The notes under the pieces are model-generated. The model made no database searches and was not told the DNA's origin. It worked only from the letters and a program-made list of their open reading frames with translations. 64,000 nt of DNA from an uncultured Rickettsiales bacterium. Lineage in GTDB: Bacteria > Pseudomonadota > Alphaproteobacteria > Rickettsiales > UBA8987. This document shows positions 38,399 to 47,157 of the stretch, piece after piece. Position 1 is the stretch's first letter. Each line of letters opens with the position of its first letter. The translations under genes were made by a program, and so were the position numbers. The stretch spans positions 9,039 to 73,038 of the forward strand of contig CAZLZP010000001.1 in assembly GCA_964564045.1 (NCBI GenBank). Reading direction: 5' to 3'.

Positions 38399-39586
38399 TT
38401 ATCTTAGTGCTTGTTGTAAATCGTTGATCAGATCATCTGCATCCTCTAACCCAACTGATATTCTGATAAGATCATCTGTAACGCCGATGCTATCACGCAG
38501 TTTTTTATCCACACTAAAGTGTGTTGATGAAGCAGGATGTGTTATCAGCGATTTTGCATCACCAATGTTATTCGATATATTTAATATTTTCAGTTTATCG
38601 AGGAATTTGAATGCCTCTTTCTTGCCGCCTTTAATGTAGAAAACTACAATAGGGCCGCCATTTTCCATCTGCTTTTTAGCAACGTTATAATGCGGGTGCG
38701 ATTTTAAACCAGGATATAAAACTTTTTTAATTTTAGACTGCGTTTCCAAAAACTTCGCAATTTTTGCAGCAGATTGACAGTGCCTTTCAATACGCAGAGT
38801 GTACGATTCAAGAGCTTTTAAAATTACCCACGCGTTGAACGGAGATAAAGCCGGACCAGTATGACGATGGAACGGAAGCAGCACATCATTAATGAATTTT
38901 GCCTTGCCAAGAACGGCGCCACCAAGTGTTCTACCATGACCATCTAAAAATTTTGTAGTTGAATAAACAACCAGATCAGCACCAAGTTCCAAAGGCTTCT
39001 GCAACGTTGGGCCGGCAAATACGTTATCTACTATCAGCCTTGCTTTATGTTTTTTGCAAAGCTTTGCTACCGCTGCAATATCAACAATATCAAGCGTTGG
39101 GTTAGCAGGAGTTTCAATGAACACATGCGTAGTATTTTTTGTAAATGCTTTCGCCCATGCATTTAAATCTGAACCATCAACGATACTAACTTTTACACCC
39201 AAACGAGGAAGTATGGTGTGGATTATGTAATGGCATGAGCTGAATAAAACCTTGGTTGAAATAACATGATCACCCGGCTTAACATCGCACATGATAGATG
39301 CAAAAACAGCCGCCATGCCGCTGCCCATCACCACACAATCTTCAGCGCCAGATTCAAGCGCGATAAGCCTTTCTTCCAACATGCGAAGATTAGGGTTGCT
39401 GTAACGTGAATATTTAAAACCGCCACGCTGCCCAGAAAATAATTCCTCTGCACTTTCTGCTGTTTCGTAGGAATATGATGAATTCAGGAATATCGCTTCC
39501 GAAGTTTCGCCAAACTCCGTACGCCTTGTACCCGCACGTACAAGTTTTGTCGCTAATGCCAGTTCTTTATTTTTTTTGTTTTTCAT
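38399..39586 (-). CDS. metZ: O-succinylhomoserine sulfhydrylase / Cys-Met-metabolism PLP enzyme
   Basis: 395 aa. PLP-lysine context 'YSTTKFLDGHG' in the cystathionine gamma-synthase family layout. Confidence 0.85.
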   Translation of the reverse strand: MKNKKNKELALATKLVRAGTRRTEFGETSEAIFLNSSYSYETAESAEELFSGQRGGFKYSRYSNPNLRMLEERLIALESGAEDCVVMGSGMAAVFASIMCDVKPGDHVISTKVLFSSCHYIIHTILPRLGVKVSIVDGSDLNAWAKAFTKNTTHVFIETPANPTLDIVDIAAVAKLCKKHKARLIVDNVFAGPTLQKPLELGADLVVYSTTKFLDGHGRTLGGAVLGKAKFINDVLLPFHRHTGPALSPFNAWVILKALESYTLRIERHCQSAAKIAKFLETQSKIKKVLYPGLKSHPHYNVAKKQMENGGPIVVFYIKGGKKEAFKFLDKLKILNISNNIGDAKSLITHPASSTHFSVDKKLRDSIGVTDDLIRISVGLEDADDLINDLQQALR

Positions 39587-39656
39587 AAACTTAATCTTCT
39601 CTTAGCGAGAGAATCAATATATAAAATTGGGGGAATAATCCAGAGATATTTTAAGA

Positions 39657-41291
39657 TCAGGCAACTACAGCTTTTTTCTGTAACCACGGCTTGTTCACAT
39701 CGGGCACACCAAAATAGTAGCCCTGCATGAAGTCAACCCCAAGGTCTATAAGCTTTTTAGCAACTTCACCAGATTCAACACACTCTGCCACTGTTTTCAG
39801 GCCATAAGATTTGCCGAAATCTACCAGGCTTCTGATAAATATAAGATTTTCCTTGTTTTCTTCCAGCCCCAGAACAAAAGAGCCGTCAATTTTTATGGAA
39901 TCGATAGAAAGTGACCTGAGTTGACGGAAAGAAGTAAAGCCAACACCAAAATCATCCAGCGAAACGTTACAGCCAAGCGACTGAATTGCCGCAGTAAAAT
40001 ATGCCGTTTTACGCAGATCTTTCTGAGCTGCAGTTTCGGTTATCTCGAAAGTGACGCGTTTTGCAATATTTTCATCACTCAATACCTGCGTACACATTTT
40101 TAACCACTGGTCGGAAGCAGAAGTGATATTCGAAACATTTATATTAACTTTTACATCATTATATATTTTAAGTTCTTCAATGGCAGTTTTAAGTACAAAT
40201 TCATCTATTGTTTCAACAGTGCCCATATTCTCTGCAACACGAATTAGCCTGCCGGCAGATTCGTACCTGCCCCTGCCATCGTTTATGCGAAGTAAACATT
40301 CATACGATTCAACCGAACCATCAAGCGATGATATTACCGGCTGATATGCTATTACTATACGGCTCTCATTAAAGGCTTCCTGCAGATAGTGCAGCTGTGC
40401 CATTTCATTCTGCGCATCGATATGATCACGCTTAGCATCTTCAAAGTCGCAGTAGAATTCGTATTCCTTACTTTTTACGTTTGTAAGCGCAAGATAAGCC
40501 TTGTTGATGATATCAACTTCATCTTTCACACCAAGAGGGAAGTTTGCACTACCTATTGAAAGCCTTAAATGCACGGCATCTTCAAGTTTTGCATGCCTGT
40601 AAAGACTTACAACCTTACTGATATCGTTAACCACAACCTCAACCTCGTTGGCAGTTGGGTTTTTTATTATTATTCCAACCTGATCTGAGTTCACACGCAG
40701 TATCGCGCTTTCCGGAGGCAACACCTTATTTATTTTTTCACTTAAGTCTTCCATTACACTTAACGCAACATCATCACCCTGCCAGGTTATTATCATTGGC
40801 AGATTGTCGATGGAAACCAGAAGCAGAATATAACTCTGCTTGGATTTATTACCTTCAAGATAGTATTTGCGCAGGCTTTCAAGGAATGTGGAATCGAACT
40901 TGCCGGTAAGTATGCTTCTGCCAGAGATATTATATTTACCTTTACCAACACGCGTTTTACCAGGAGCATTATAAGTGATGATGCCCTGCATGTAGCTTTT
41001 TTCACCCTGAGAGGTTCTGATAGCCACTTCTTTTAAATTAATTTCTTTGCCATGAGATATAAAAGAATATTCACATGATATCTCATCAATGAAGTTATTC
41101 ATGTTCATTTCGTAAGATCTCTTATCTTTATCATCCAGAAGTTTAAGGAATTTATCGCGTGTATCTAGCTGAGACTCTTCAATGCCCAGAAAAGCTTTTG
41201 TATCGCCATACCAGGTTATAACACCATCTGTCAGATCGTGAATATAGAATATGGAAACGGCATCTGAAGTTTTTTTTGTCATTAAACCCAC
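39657..41291 (-). CDS. Signalling protein: N-terminal sensory region, degenerate GGDEF domain and an EAL-type c-di-GMP phosphodiesterase domain
   Basis: 544 aa. EAL-domain blocks 'YQPV', 'ECLLR', 'EITE', 'DDFG', 'KIDG', 'AECVE' and 'QGYYF'. The position of the GGDEF motif reads 'NSDQV'. Confidence 0.85.
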   Translation of the reverse strand: MGLMTKKTSDAVSIFYIHDLTDGVITWYGDTKAFLGIEESQLDTRDKFLKLLDDKDKRSYEMNMNNFIDEISCEYSFISHGKEINLKEVAIRTSQGEKSYMQGIITYNAPGKTRVGKGKYNISGRSILTGKFDSTFLESLRKYYLEGNKSKQSYILLLVSIDNLPMIITWQGDDVALSVMEDLSEKINKVLPPESAILRVNSDQVGIIIKNPTANEVEVVVNDISKVVSLYRHAKLEDAVHLRLSIGSANFPLGVKDEVDIINKAYLALTNVKSKEYEFYCDFEDAKRDHIDAQNEMAQLHYLQEAFNESRIVIAYQPVISSLDGSVESYECLLRINDGRGRYESAGRLIRVAENMGTVETIDEFVLKTAIEELKIYNDVKVNINVSNITSASDQWLKMCTQVLSDENIAKRVTFEITETAAQKDLRKTAYFTAAIQSLGCNVSLDDFGVGFTSFRQLRSLSIDSIKIDGSFVLGLEENKENLIFIRSLVDFGKSYGLKTVAECVESGEVAKKLIDLGVDFMQGYYFGVPDVNKPWLQKKAVVA

Positions 41292-41399
41292 TAATTAATA
41301 CGAAACAGGTGGAGACACCAGAAAAGAAAATAACCTTGATTATTTTCCCCAACTACTTAAGCTTCCACAAATTTTCGAAACCTAATAATAGTTAATACA

Positions 41400-41999
41400 G
41401 TGTTTAGTTTCAATGAATATTTATATTTTATAGCTGCTTATCTTATAGGCTCGGTGCCTTTTGGTATCATAGTGGCTAAGGTGGCCGGAGTTGGCGACAT
41501 TACCAAGCAAGGTTCCGGCAATATCGGCGCCACCAATGTGGCACGCGTAGGAGGCAAAAAACTTGGTACAGCAACGTTTATCCTGGATTTTCTTAAATGT
41601 TATATTCCCACCACTATATATATAGACCAATTTGGTTATGGCGATGGTGCTTTAATATGTGCCTTTCTGATAGTTATCGGACATATACTCCCTGTTTTCA
41701 ATAGGTTCAGGGGAGGAAAAGGAGTTGCTTGCGGCTTTGGTGCCCTGCTTGCCCTAAACCCTTATGTGTGCATTATAAGTTTGTTGATATGGCTTGCGTG
41801 CTTCCTAACCACCAGAATATCTTCAGCATCTGCACTGTTAAGTTTTGCGCTTATGCCATTTGTTTTATTCATGGTGAATACATCTGCCAGCACTAACCTG
41901 ATGTTATTTGCTCTGGCATTGAGCGCTGTTATATATATACGGCATATAGAAAATATAAAAAGACTTCTGGGCGGCAACGAAAAAGGTTTCAAACAATAG
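41400..41999 (+). CDS. plsY: Glycerol-3-phosphate acyltransferase PlsY
   Basis: 199 aa polytopic protein with 'GSGNIGATN' and 'RFRGGKGVA' motifs. Confidence 0.9.
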   Translation: MFSFNEYLYFIAAYLIGSVPFGIIVAKVAGVGDITKQGSGNIGATNVARVGGKKLGTATFILDFLKCYIPTTIYIDQFGYGDGALICAFLIVIGHILPVFNRFRGGKGVACGFGALLALNPYVCIISLLIWLACFLTTRISSASALLSFALMPFVLFMVNTSASTNLMLFALALSAVIYIRHIENIKRLLGGNEKGFKQ

Positions 42000-43139
42000 T
42001 TGATAAACTTTAAAATGAATAAATTCTTTAACAAAGAGATATCAGAGAACCAGGAAGAAATAATTTCCGCCCTCAGACTTGCCAGAACCAATAGTATAGG
42101 CCCAATAACTTTCCAGAAATTAATAAAGAAATATGGTAAACCCAGTAACGCTATAAAAGGCTCGGAAGAAATACTGAAAAAGAAAGGCGAAAGCCTAAGG
42201 CCGCTAAAAGATATTGAGGAAGAAATAAGGAAGGCCGAAAAAGTTGGCGCAAAAATAATAACTGTTTTTGATAAAAATTATCCTTCACTGCTTTCCGAGA
42301 TACAAGACCCACCTATTATTCTTACAGTAAAAGGCCAAATTGATAAGGTTCAGAACAGCAATGTTGCGCTTGTTGGTGCAAGATACGCTTCAGCCAACGC
42401 TGTTTCATTTACTTATAAGCTTGCAAAAGATCTTTCAGATAAAAATCAGACCGTGGTTTCAGGGCTTGCACGCGGCATAGATACCGCAGCCCACAAAGGA
42501 TCTTTGGCAAATAAGAATAATGAACTGCCAACCATTGCGGTTGTTGCAGGTGGAATAGATAATATCTACCCGCCGGAGAATGCAAAACTTTTTGAAGAGG
42601 TTGCTGAACGCGGAATAATAATCACCGAGAATGAGTTTGGCACCATTCCAAAACCTGAGCATTTTCCGCGCAGGAACAGGATAATATCTGGTATATCGCA
42701 GGTTACCTGTGTGGTGGAAGCAGCCCTGAAATCTGGCTCGCTTATAACAGCAAGATTAGCGCTGGAGCAAGGAAGGGAAGTTGCGTGCGTACCTGGCTTC
42801 CCGGCTGACCCAAGAAGTGAGGGCACTAATTTGCTGATCAAGCGAGGGGCAAGCCTTGTAACCGGCGCGAATGATCTTATCGAACTGCTTCAAAATTATG
42901 ATTCCAGAGAAATAAAAGTGAATAATATTTTCAGCGAGGAAGATGCCGAAGAATTTTTTGATGAAACAGAAAGTGATGTGGAACTTCTTAGTGTTATAGG
43001 AAACACCCCGGTTGCTGTTGACGAACTGGTTTCCATATATGGGTTTTCAGCTTCGGAAATAAACTCAAAACTACTTGAATATGAATTATCTGGCGAGATC
43101 ATAAGGTTGCCTGGAAACAAGGTTTTAAAGGCTGCCTAA
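42000..43139 (+). CDS. dprA: DNA-processing protein DprA
   Basis: 379 aa, or 374 aa if the ATG at 42015 is used. Rossmann-like core 'VSGLARGIDTAAH' and 'VVEAALKSGSLITA', with a C-terminal winged-helix-like tail. Confidence 0.9.
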   Translation: MINFKMNKFFNKEISENQEEIISALRLARTNSIGPITFQKLIKKYGKPSNAIKGSEEILKKKGESLRPLKDIEEEIRKAEKVGAKIITVFDKNYPSLLSEIQDPPIILTVKGQIDKVQNSNVALVGARYASANAVSFTYKLAKDLSDKNQTVVSGLARGIDTAAHKGSLANKNNELPTIAVVAGGIDNIYPPENAKLFEEVAERGIIITENEFGTIPKPEHFPRRNRIISGISQVTCVVEAALKSGSLITARLALEQGREVACVPGFPADPRSEGTNLLIKRGASLVTGANDLIELLQNYDSREIKVNNIFSEEDAEEFFDETESDVELLSVIGNTPVAVDELVSIYGFSASEINSKLLEYELSGEIIRLPGNKVLKAA

Positions 43140-43157
43140 AATAAATATTTATACCCC

Positions 43158-43186
43158 TTTAAAAACTTCAAATTAAGTGCTATAAT
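43158..43186 (+). promoter_or_regulatory. Candidate sigma70-type promoter for ssrA
   Basis: TTTAAA (43158-43163), a 17-nt spacer, then a perfect TATAAT (43181-43186) just upstream of the tmRNA acceptor piece. Confidence 0.35.
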
Positions 43187-43194
43187 AACCCTTG

Positions 43195-43510
43195 CCGCAA
43201 GGCTATGGTGATAAATGTCTTCTCGGAATAGACAGATTGGACCCGGGGGCAGTACCCGGCGCCTCCACCAAAGTTCACTTGAGAATTAAAGTGAATTTCG
43301 GCGGGGGCGAATAGGCTCGACAAGTGTAATAAAGGTTTAGATTTTACCCAGTATGATTCCACTGCAAAGGGTTATAATTACAAATGCAAACGATAACTTC
43401 GCTGCATCTGATGAACTTGCTATGGCTGCGTAGTCTCTCTTTAGAGATAAAACAGTTTAAGTTCATCTAGGGGCCCGCGGGGAGCCTGGCAACAGAATCT
43501 CCGCATTTTT
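43195..43510 (+). ncRNA. ssrA: Two-piece (circularly permuted) tmRNA
   Basis: The acceptor piece ends in 'CGCCTCCACCA' (to 43270). A spacer hairpin follows (TTCACTT/AAGTGAA). The coding piece starts 'GGGGGCGAATAGGCTCGAC' at 43303 and pairs with the 3' strand, giving a G3:U pair. The tag ORF GCA AAC GAT AAC TTC... at 43386-43430 encodes ANDNFAASDELAMAA, followed by TAG. The 5' boundary is approximate. Confidence 0.85.
43477..43510 (+). terminator. Intrinsic terminator of ssrA
   Basis: Stem GCGGGGA (43477-43483) / TCTCCGC (43498-43504) with one G:U pair, followed by TTTTT (43506-43510). Confidence 0.6.
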
Positions 43511-43838
43511 CTGAATAGATCTCCAAAATTATTTCTCGAATTTATTTTTTGCAACCCTGCGTTTAAAGAAAATTTTTCAAGGATTTTTTCCAAAAATTTT
43601 GTTACACGGTTAAGTGATTGAATCTTTACAAATTTGAAAAGATTTTCATATATCTTCTGAGCGCCGCCTTGTTCCGTGAAACAACCAATTTTGCTTGCTT
43701 ATACGTGTCAATAAAATTCGCAAAAATAATTTTTTAATTATTCTGTTTACGCACTACATTTTTTCGTTAGATTGAATTTCTCGAAAAAAATTTTTTAGGT
43801 TTTGTTCAGGGGATTTTTTAAAAATATTATTTTGTAAA

Positions 43839-45158
43839 ATGATAACAGGGGATATAAACAGCTACGCAGAATTTGAGAAGATCTGGCAAAGAATATGCGC
43901 CAAGTTCAGCTTCAATATTGGCGTTTCAACTTTTAATAGTTGGATAAAGCCCCTTGCTTTCTGCGGGTTTGACGGCGGCGTTGTAACCTTAAAGGCCCCT
44001 TCTCGCTTCATCAAAGACTGGGTAGTTTCGAACTTCGGTGAACAGCTTGAAGTTTATTTCCGCGAAGAAAATCCTTCTTTCCTTGGTTTAGATATTCAGG
44101 TTGATACAAGAAGAGATATTGAAACAACAGAAGCGCACGTTGCAGCCATACAATCACGCGAGGATGAAAACAAAATTATAAATAATACCGCTTATTTTGA
44201 AAGCAATCTTGATAACAGATTCAAGTTTGAAAATTTCATTACCGGAGATTCAAACAACCTGGCATTTACCGCCTCACAAAAATTAGCAAATGGTGAAGAC
44301 CTTGGCGCCAATACATTAATGATATATGGCAGTGTTGGCTCAGGCAAAACTCACCTACTACAATCTATAGCACATTATATAAGGGAAAATTATCCCCAGA
44401 AGAAGGCCCTTTACCTTTCGGCCGAAAAATTCATGTTCCAGTTCGTAAAAGCCATTCGCGAGAGAGATATGGTTTCCTTCAAAGAATATCTGCGCGCTGC
44501 CGACATATTACTTATAGATGATATTCAGTTCATCTGCGGCAAGGTTGTGCTTTCTGCAAATCGTGCGCCGAGTGACTTCACCGATATTGATGAGCGTATA
44601 AAATCTCGTCTTGGCTGGGGTTTGGTTGCTGATATTAAAAAACCTGATCTAAACCTGCGCCTGGATATAGTAAGATCTAAAGCCAGGTTATTGAATGTTG
44701 AACTAAATGATAATATAGTTCAGTTCCTTGCTGAAAATATAAATACCAATGTGCGTGAGCTTGAAGGCGCACTTATAAAGGTTGTTGCACAATCACGGTT
44801 AACAGGCGCTAATATTACCATCGATTTCGCCATAGAAGTATTGAAAGACCTGCTTCGCGGCGTTCGTAAAGAAATAACCATTGAAGAGATAAAGCGTACT
44901 GTTTGCAGCAAGTATGACATAAAAATGTCAGAGATAGATTCCGCAAGAAGAGACAGGAAGGTATCTCGCCCAAGACAAGTTGCCATGTATCTTTCTAAAA
45001 ATCTTACAACAAAAAGCCTGCCGGAAATTGGCCGTAACTTTGGTGATAAGAACCATACAACTGTTATCCACGCCATAAAGAACATTGAAAAACTTAAAGC
45101 GCTTGAGCCTGAGATAGATAACCGCATAGCAGAACTTACCAGAATGCTTGCCTCTTAG
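43839..45158 (+). CDS. dnaA: Chromosomal replication initiator DnaA (with an apparent internal ~20-aa deletion)
   Basis: 439 aa. Walker A 'GSVGSGKTH', Walker B 'LLIDDIQF', '[10 protein letters not shown]', 'NVRELEGAL' and the domain IV block '[12 protein letters not shown]...[11 protein letters not shown]'. The '[10 protein letters not shown]'-type helix is absent. Confidence 0.88.
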   Translation: [439 protein letters not shown]

Positions 45159-45181
45159 TTTTTCTATTATATTCTGCTGAT

Positions 45182-45877
45182 ATGGCAGAAGAAAAACAAC
45201 ATTACCACGGACATAGAAAAAGGCTTAAAGAGCGATTCCTTAAATCTCTCAAGGCCAACAAGTCTGACTCTGCACCAGATTATGAAATTCTGGAAATGAT
45301 ATTATTTTCAGCTTATCCACGCCAGGATACAAAACCGATCGCAAAAGAACTGATTCAAAAGTTTGGTAGTATTGCAGGGGTTTTTGCTGCAGATGCAGAA
45401 CGTCTGGAGAAAGAGGGAAAACTTAGTGAGGGTGTAATATTTGCTCTGAAAATTATTAATGAAGCTGCGTTACGTTTACTGAAAAGCAGGGTAACCGAAA
45501 AGCCGGTAATACAAAGCTGGAAGGCCCTGCTAGATTACTGTCAGGCCGCAATGGGAAGCATTACCCGCGAGCAGTTCCGTATAATGTTCCTTGATAAAAA
45601 GAACAGGCTTATAGCTGATGAAATTCAACAGGAAGGTACGGTTGACCAAACACCTGTGTACCCTCGTGAGGTTGTTAAGCGGGCGCTTGAACTTGGCTCA
45701 AGCGCAATAATTTTAGTACATAATCACCCGAGTGGTGATGCCACGCCTTCAAAAAGCGATATTGAACTTACGGAACAAATTGAAGCAGGGCTAAAAGCCG
45801 TTGAAATAAAACTGCACGACCATTTAATAATAGCTGGCGATAAGCATTTCAGCTTTGCCGGGAATGGGTTGCTTTAG
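45182..45877 (+). CDS. radC: RadC-family JAB/MPN-domain protein
   Basis: 231 aa. N-terminal 'GHRKRLKERF' and the JAMM motif 'LVHNHPSGDATPSKSD'. Confidence 0.9.
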   Translation: MAEEKQHYHGHRKRLKERFLKSLKANKSDSAPDYEILEMILFSAYPRQDTKPIAKELIQKFGSIAGVFAADAERLEKEGKLSEGVIFALKIINEAALRLLKSRVTEKPVIQSWKALLDYCQAAMGSITREQFRIMFLDKKNRLIADEIQQEGTVDQTPVYPREVVKRALELGSSAIILVHNHPSGDATPSKSDIELTEQIEAGLKAVEIKLHDHLIIAGDKHFSFAGNGLL

Positions 45878-45888
45878 GAGTCGAGGCT

Positions 45889-46083
45889 CTAGGCAATAAT
45901 TCCGCCGCCATCTTCTGATCTTTTCTTTTCCATCACATATTTAAGTTTTTTCATGGCCAGCTTTTTCATATCTGACTGGGAAAGTTGCACCGGCAAGATG
46001 GAAAGTGCTTCAATTCCCGTTTCCTCATCAATTGCAGAAACCTTCATGTAGTCACCATATTTTATGAACTCGAGTATAGCCAT
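45889..46083 (-). CDS. Small conserved-looking hypothetical protein
   Basis: 64 aa. It starts 1 nt after the tsaD stop, so it is probably co-transcribed. I recognise no motif with confidence. Confidence 0.45.
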   Translation of the reverse strand: MAILEFIKYGDYMKVSAIDEETGIEALSILPVQLSQSDMKKLAMKKLKYVMEKKRSEDGGGIIA

Positions 46084-46084
46084 T

Positions 46085-47107
46085 TTATAGTTCCTCTAGG
46101 CTCCAGCGTGCCCTTGGGGTAAAATCCAGGTTATCCCTTATTCCAGCTTTGAACCTTTCAACACCAGCCCAGGCTATCATTGCAGCGTTATCTGTACACA
46201 GCTTTAGGGGCGGCGCGTAAAATTCAAACTCACGTCCGATCAAAAGTGATTTTATCTTTCCACCAATATATTTATTGGCCGCTACACCACCAGATATAAC
46301 GAATCTTCTTTCTGAATGACTTCTGAGATATATTTTTAATGCGGTTTCTATGCGCTCAAGAACTTCCTGGGTAGCAATATTCTGGAAAGACGCGCAGATA
46401 TCTTTTTTATCCTGATCATTAATATTAAAACCGATCGCCTCTATCTCCCTGAGTACCGCCGTTTTAAGGCCTGAGAACGAAAAAGCACAATCTTTCTGGC
46501 CTTGAAGAGGCACCCTGAACCTGTATTTATTCTCGTCACCTTCTGCCGCCATTTTTTCAACGATTGGCCCACCAGGATAACCCAGCCTAAGCATTTTTGC
46601 GGTTTTATCGAACGCCTCGCCCAGCGCATCATCTAGTGTTTCGCCGATTATTTTATACTTACCAAGCGCTTCACAAATTATTAACTGGCAGTGTCCACCC
46701 GAAACAAGCAACAGCAAATATGGGAATTCAACATCATCAGTAAGGCGGCATGTTAAAGCGTGGCCTTCAAGGTGGTTAACGCATATTAAAGGTTTGCCGG
46801 TTGCTGCCGAAAGGCCCTTGGCATACATCAGCCCAACAATAACTCCACCGATCAAGCCTGGCCCCGCCGTTACTGCAATAGCATCTATATCTTTTAATTT
46901 TGTTTTTGACTGCTCAAGAGATTCCCTGACCACGGTTTCTATATTTTCTATGTGGGCTCGAGAGGCTATCTCAGGAACCACACCGCCATAAGCCTTGTGC
47001 TCCTCGGTCTGGGAGTAGATAACATTGGAAAGTATATTGCGTGAGTCATCCACCACTGCGGCTGCAGTTTCATCACAACTTGTTTCTATGCCAAGAATTT
47101 TTACCAT
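46085..47107 (-). CDS. tsaD: tRNA N6-adenosine threonylcarbamoyltransferase
   Basis: The canonical N-terminus 'MVKILGIETSCDETAAAV' begins at 47107. Motifs 'HLEGH' and 'SGGVAAN'. The ORF-track extension to 47269 overlaps the divergent gene and is unlikely. Confidence 0.93.
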   Translation of the reverse strand: MVKILGIETSCDETAAAVVDDSRNILSNVIYSQTEEHKAYGGVVPEIASRAHIENIETVVRESLEQSKTKLKDIDAIAVTAGPGLIGGVIVGLMYAKGLSAATGKPLICVNHLEGHALTCRLTDDVEFPYLLLLVSGGHCQLIICEALGKYKIIGETLDDALGEAFDKTAKMLRLGYPGGPIVEKMAAEGDENKYRFRVPLQGQKDCAFSFSGLKTAVLREIEAIGFNINDQDKKDICASFQNIATQEVLERIETALKIYLRSHSERRFVISGGVAANKYIGGKIKSLLIGREFEFYAPPLKLCTDNAAMIAWAGVERFKAGIRDNLDFTPRARWSLEEL

Positions 47108-47157
47108 TAATATTATTTTTTTATTTATGTTTACTTTTATAAGGCTAAATTCCTGAT

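Noticed and set aside
39587-39656. Possible SAM-type riboswitch or leader upstream of metZ.
   Set aside because: Only a 4-bp hairpin (CTCT/AGAG) is visible, and 70 nt is too short. I see no match to the SAM-II/SAM-V pseudoknot consensus as I remember it.
43180-43362. 60-aa minus-strand ORF in the dprA-dnaA spacer.
   Set aside because: It lies on top of the tmRNA (acceptor arm, spacer hairpin and start of the coding piece). It has no RBS or protein motif.
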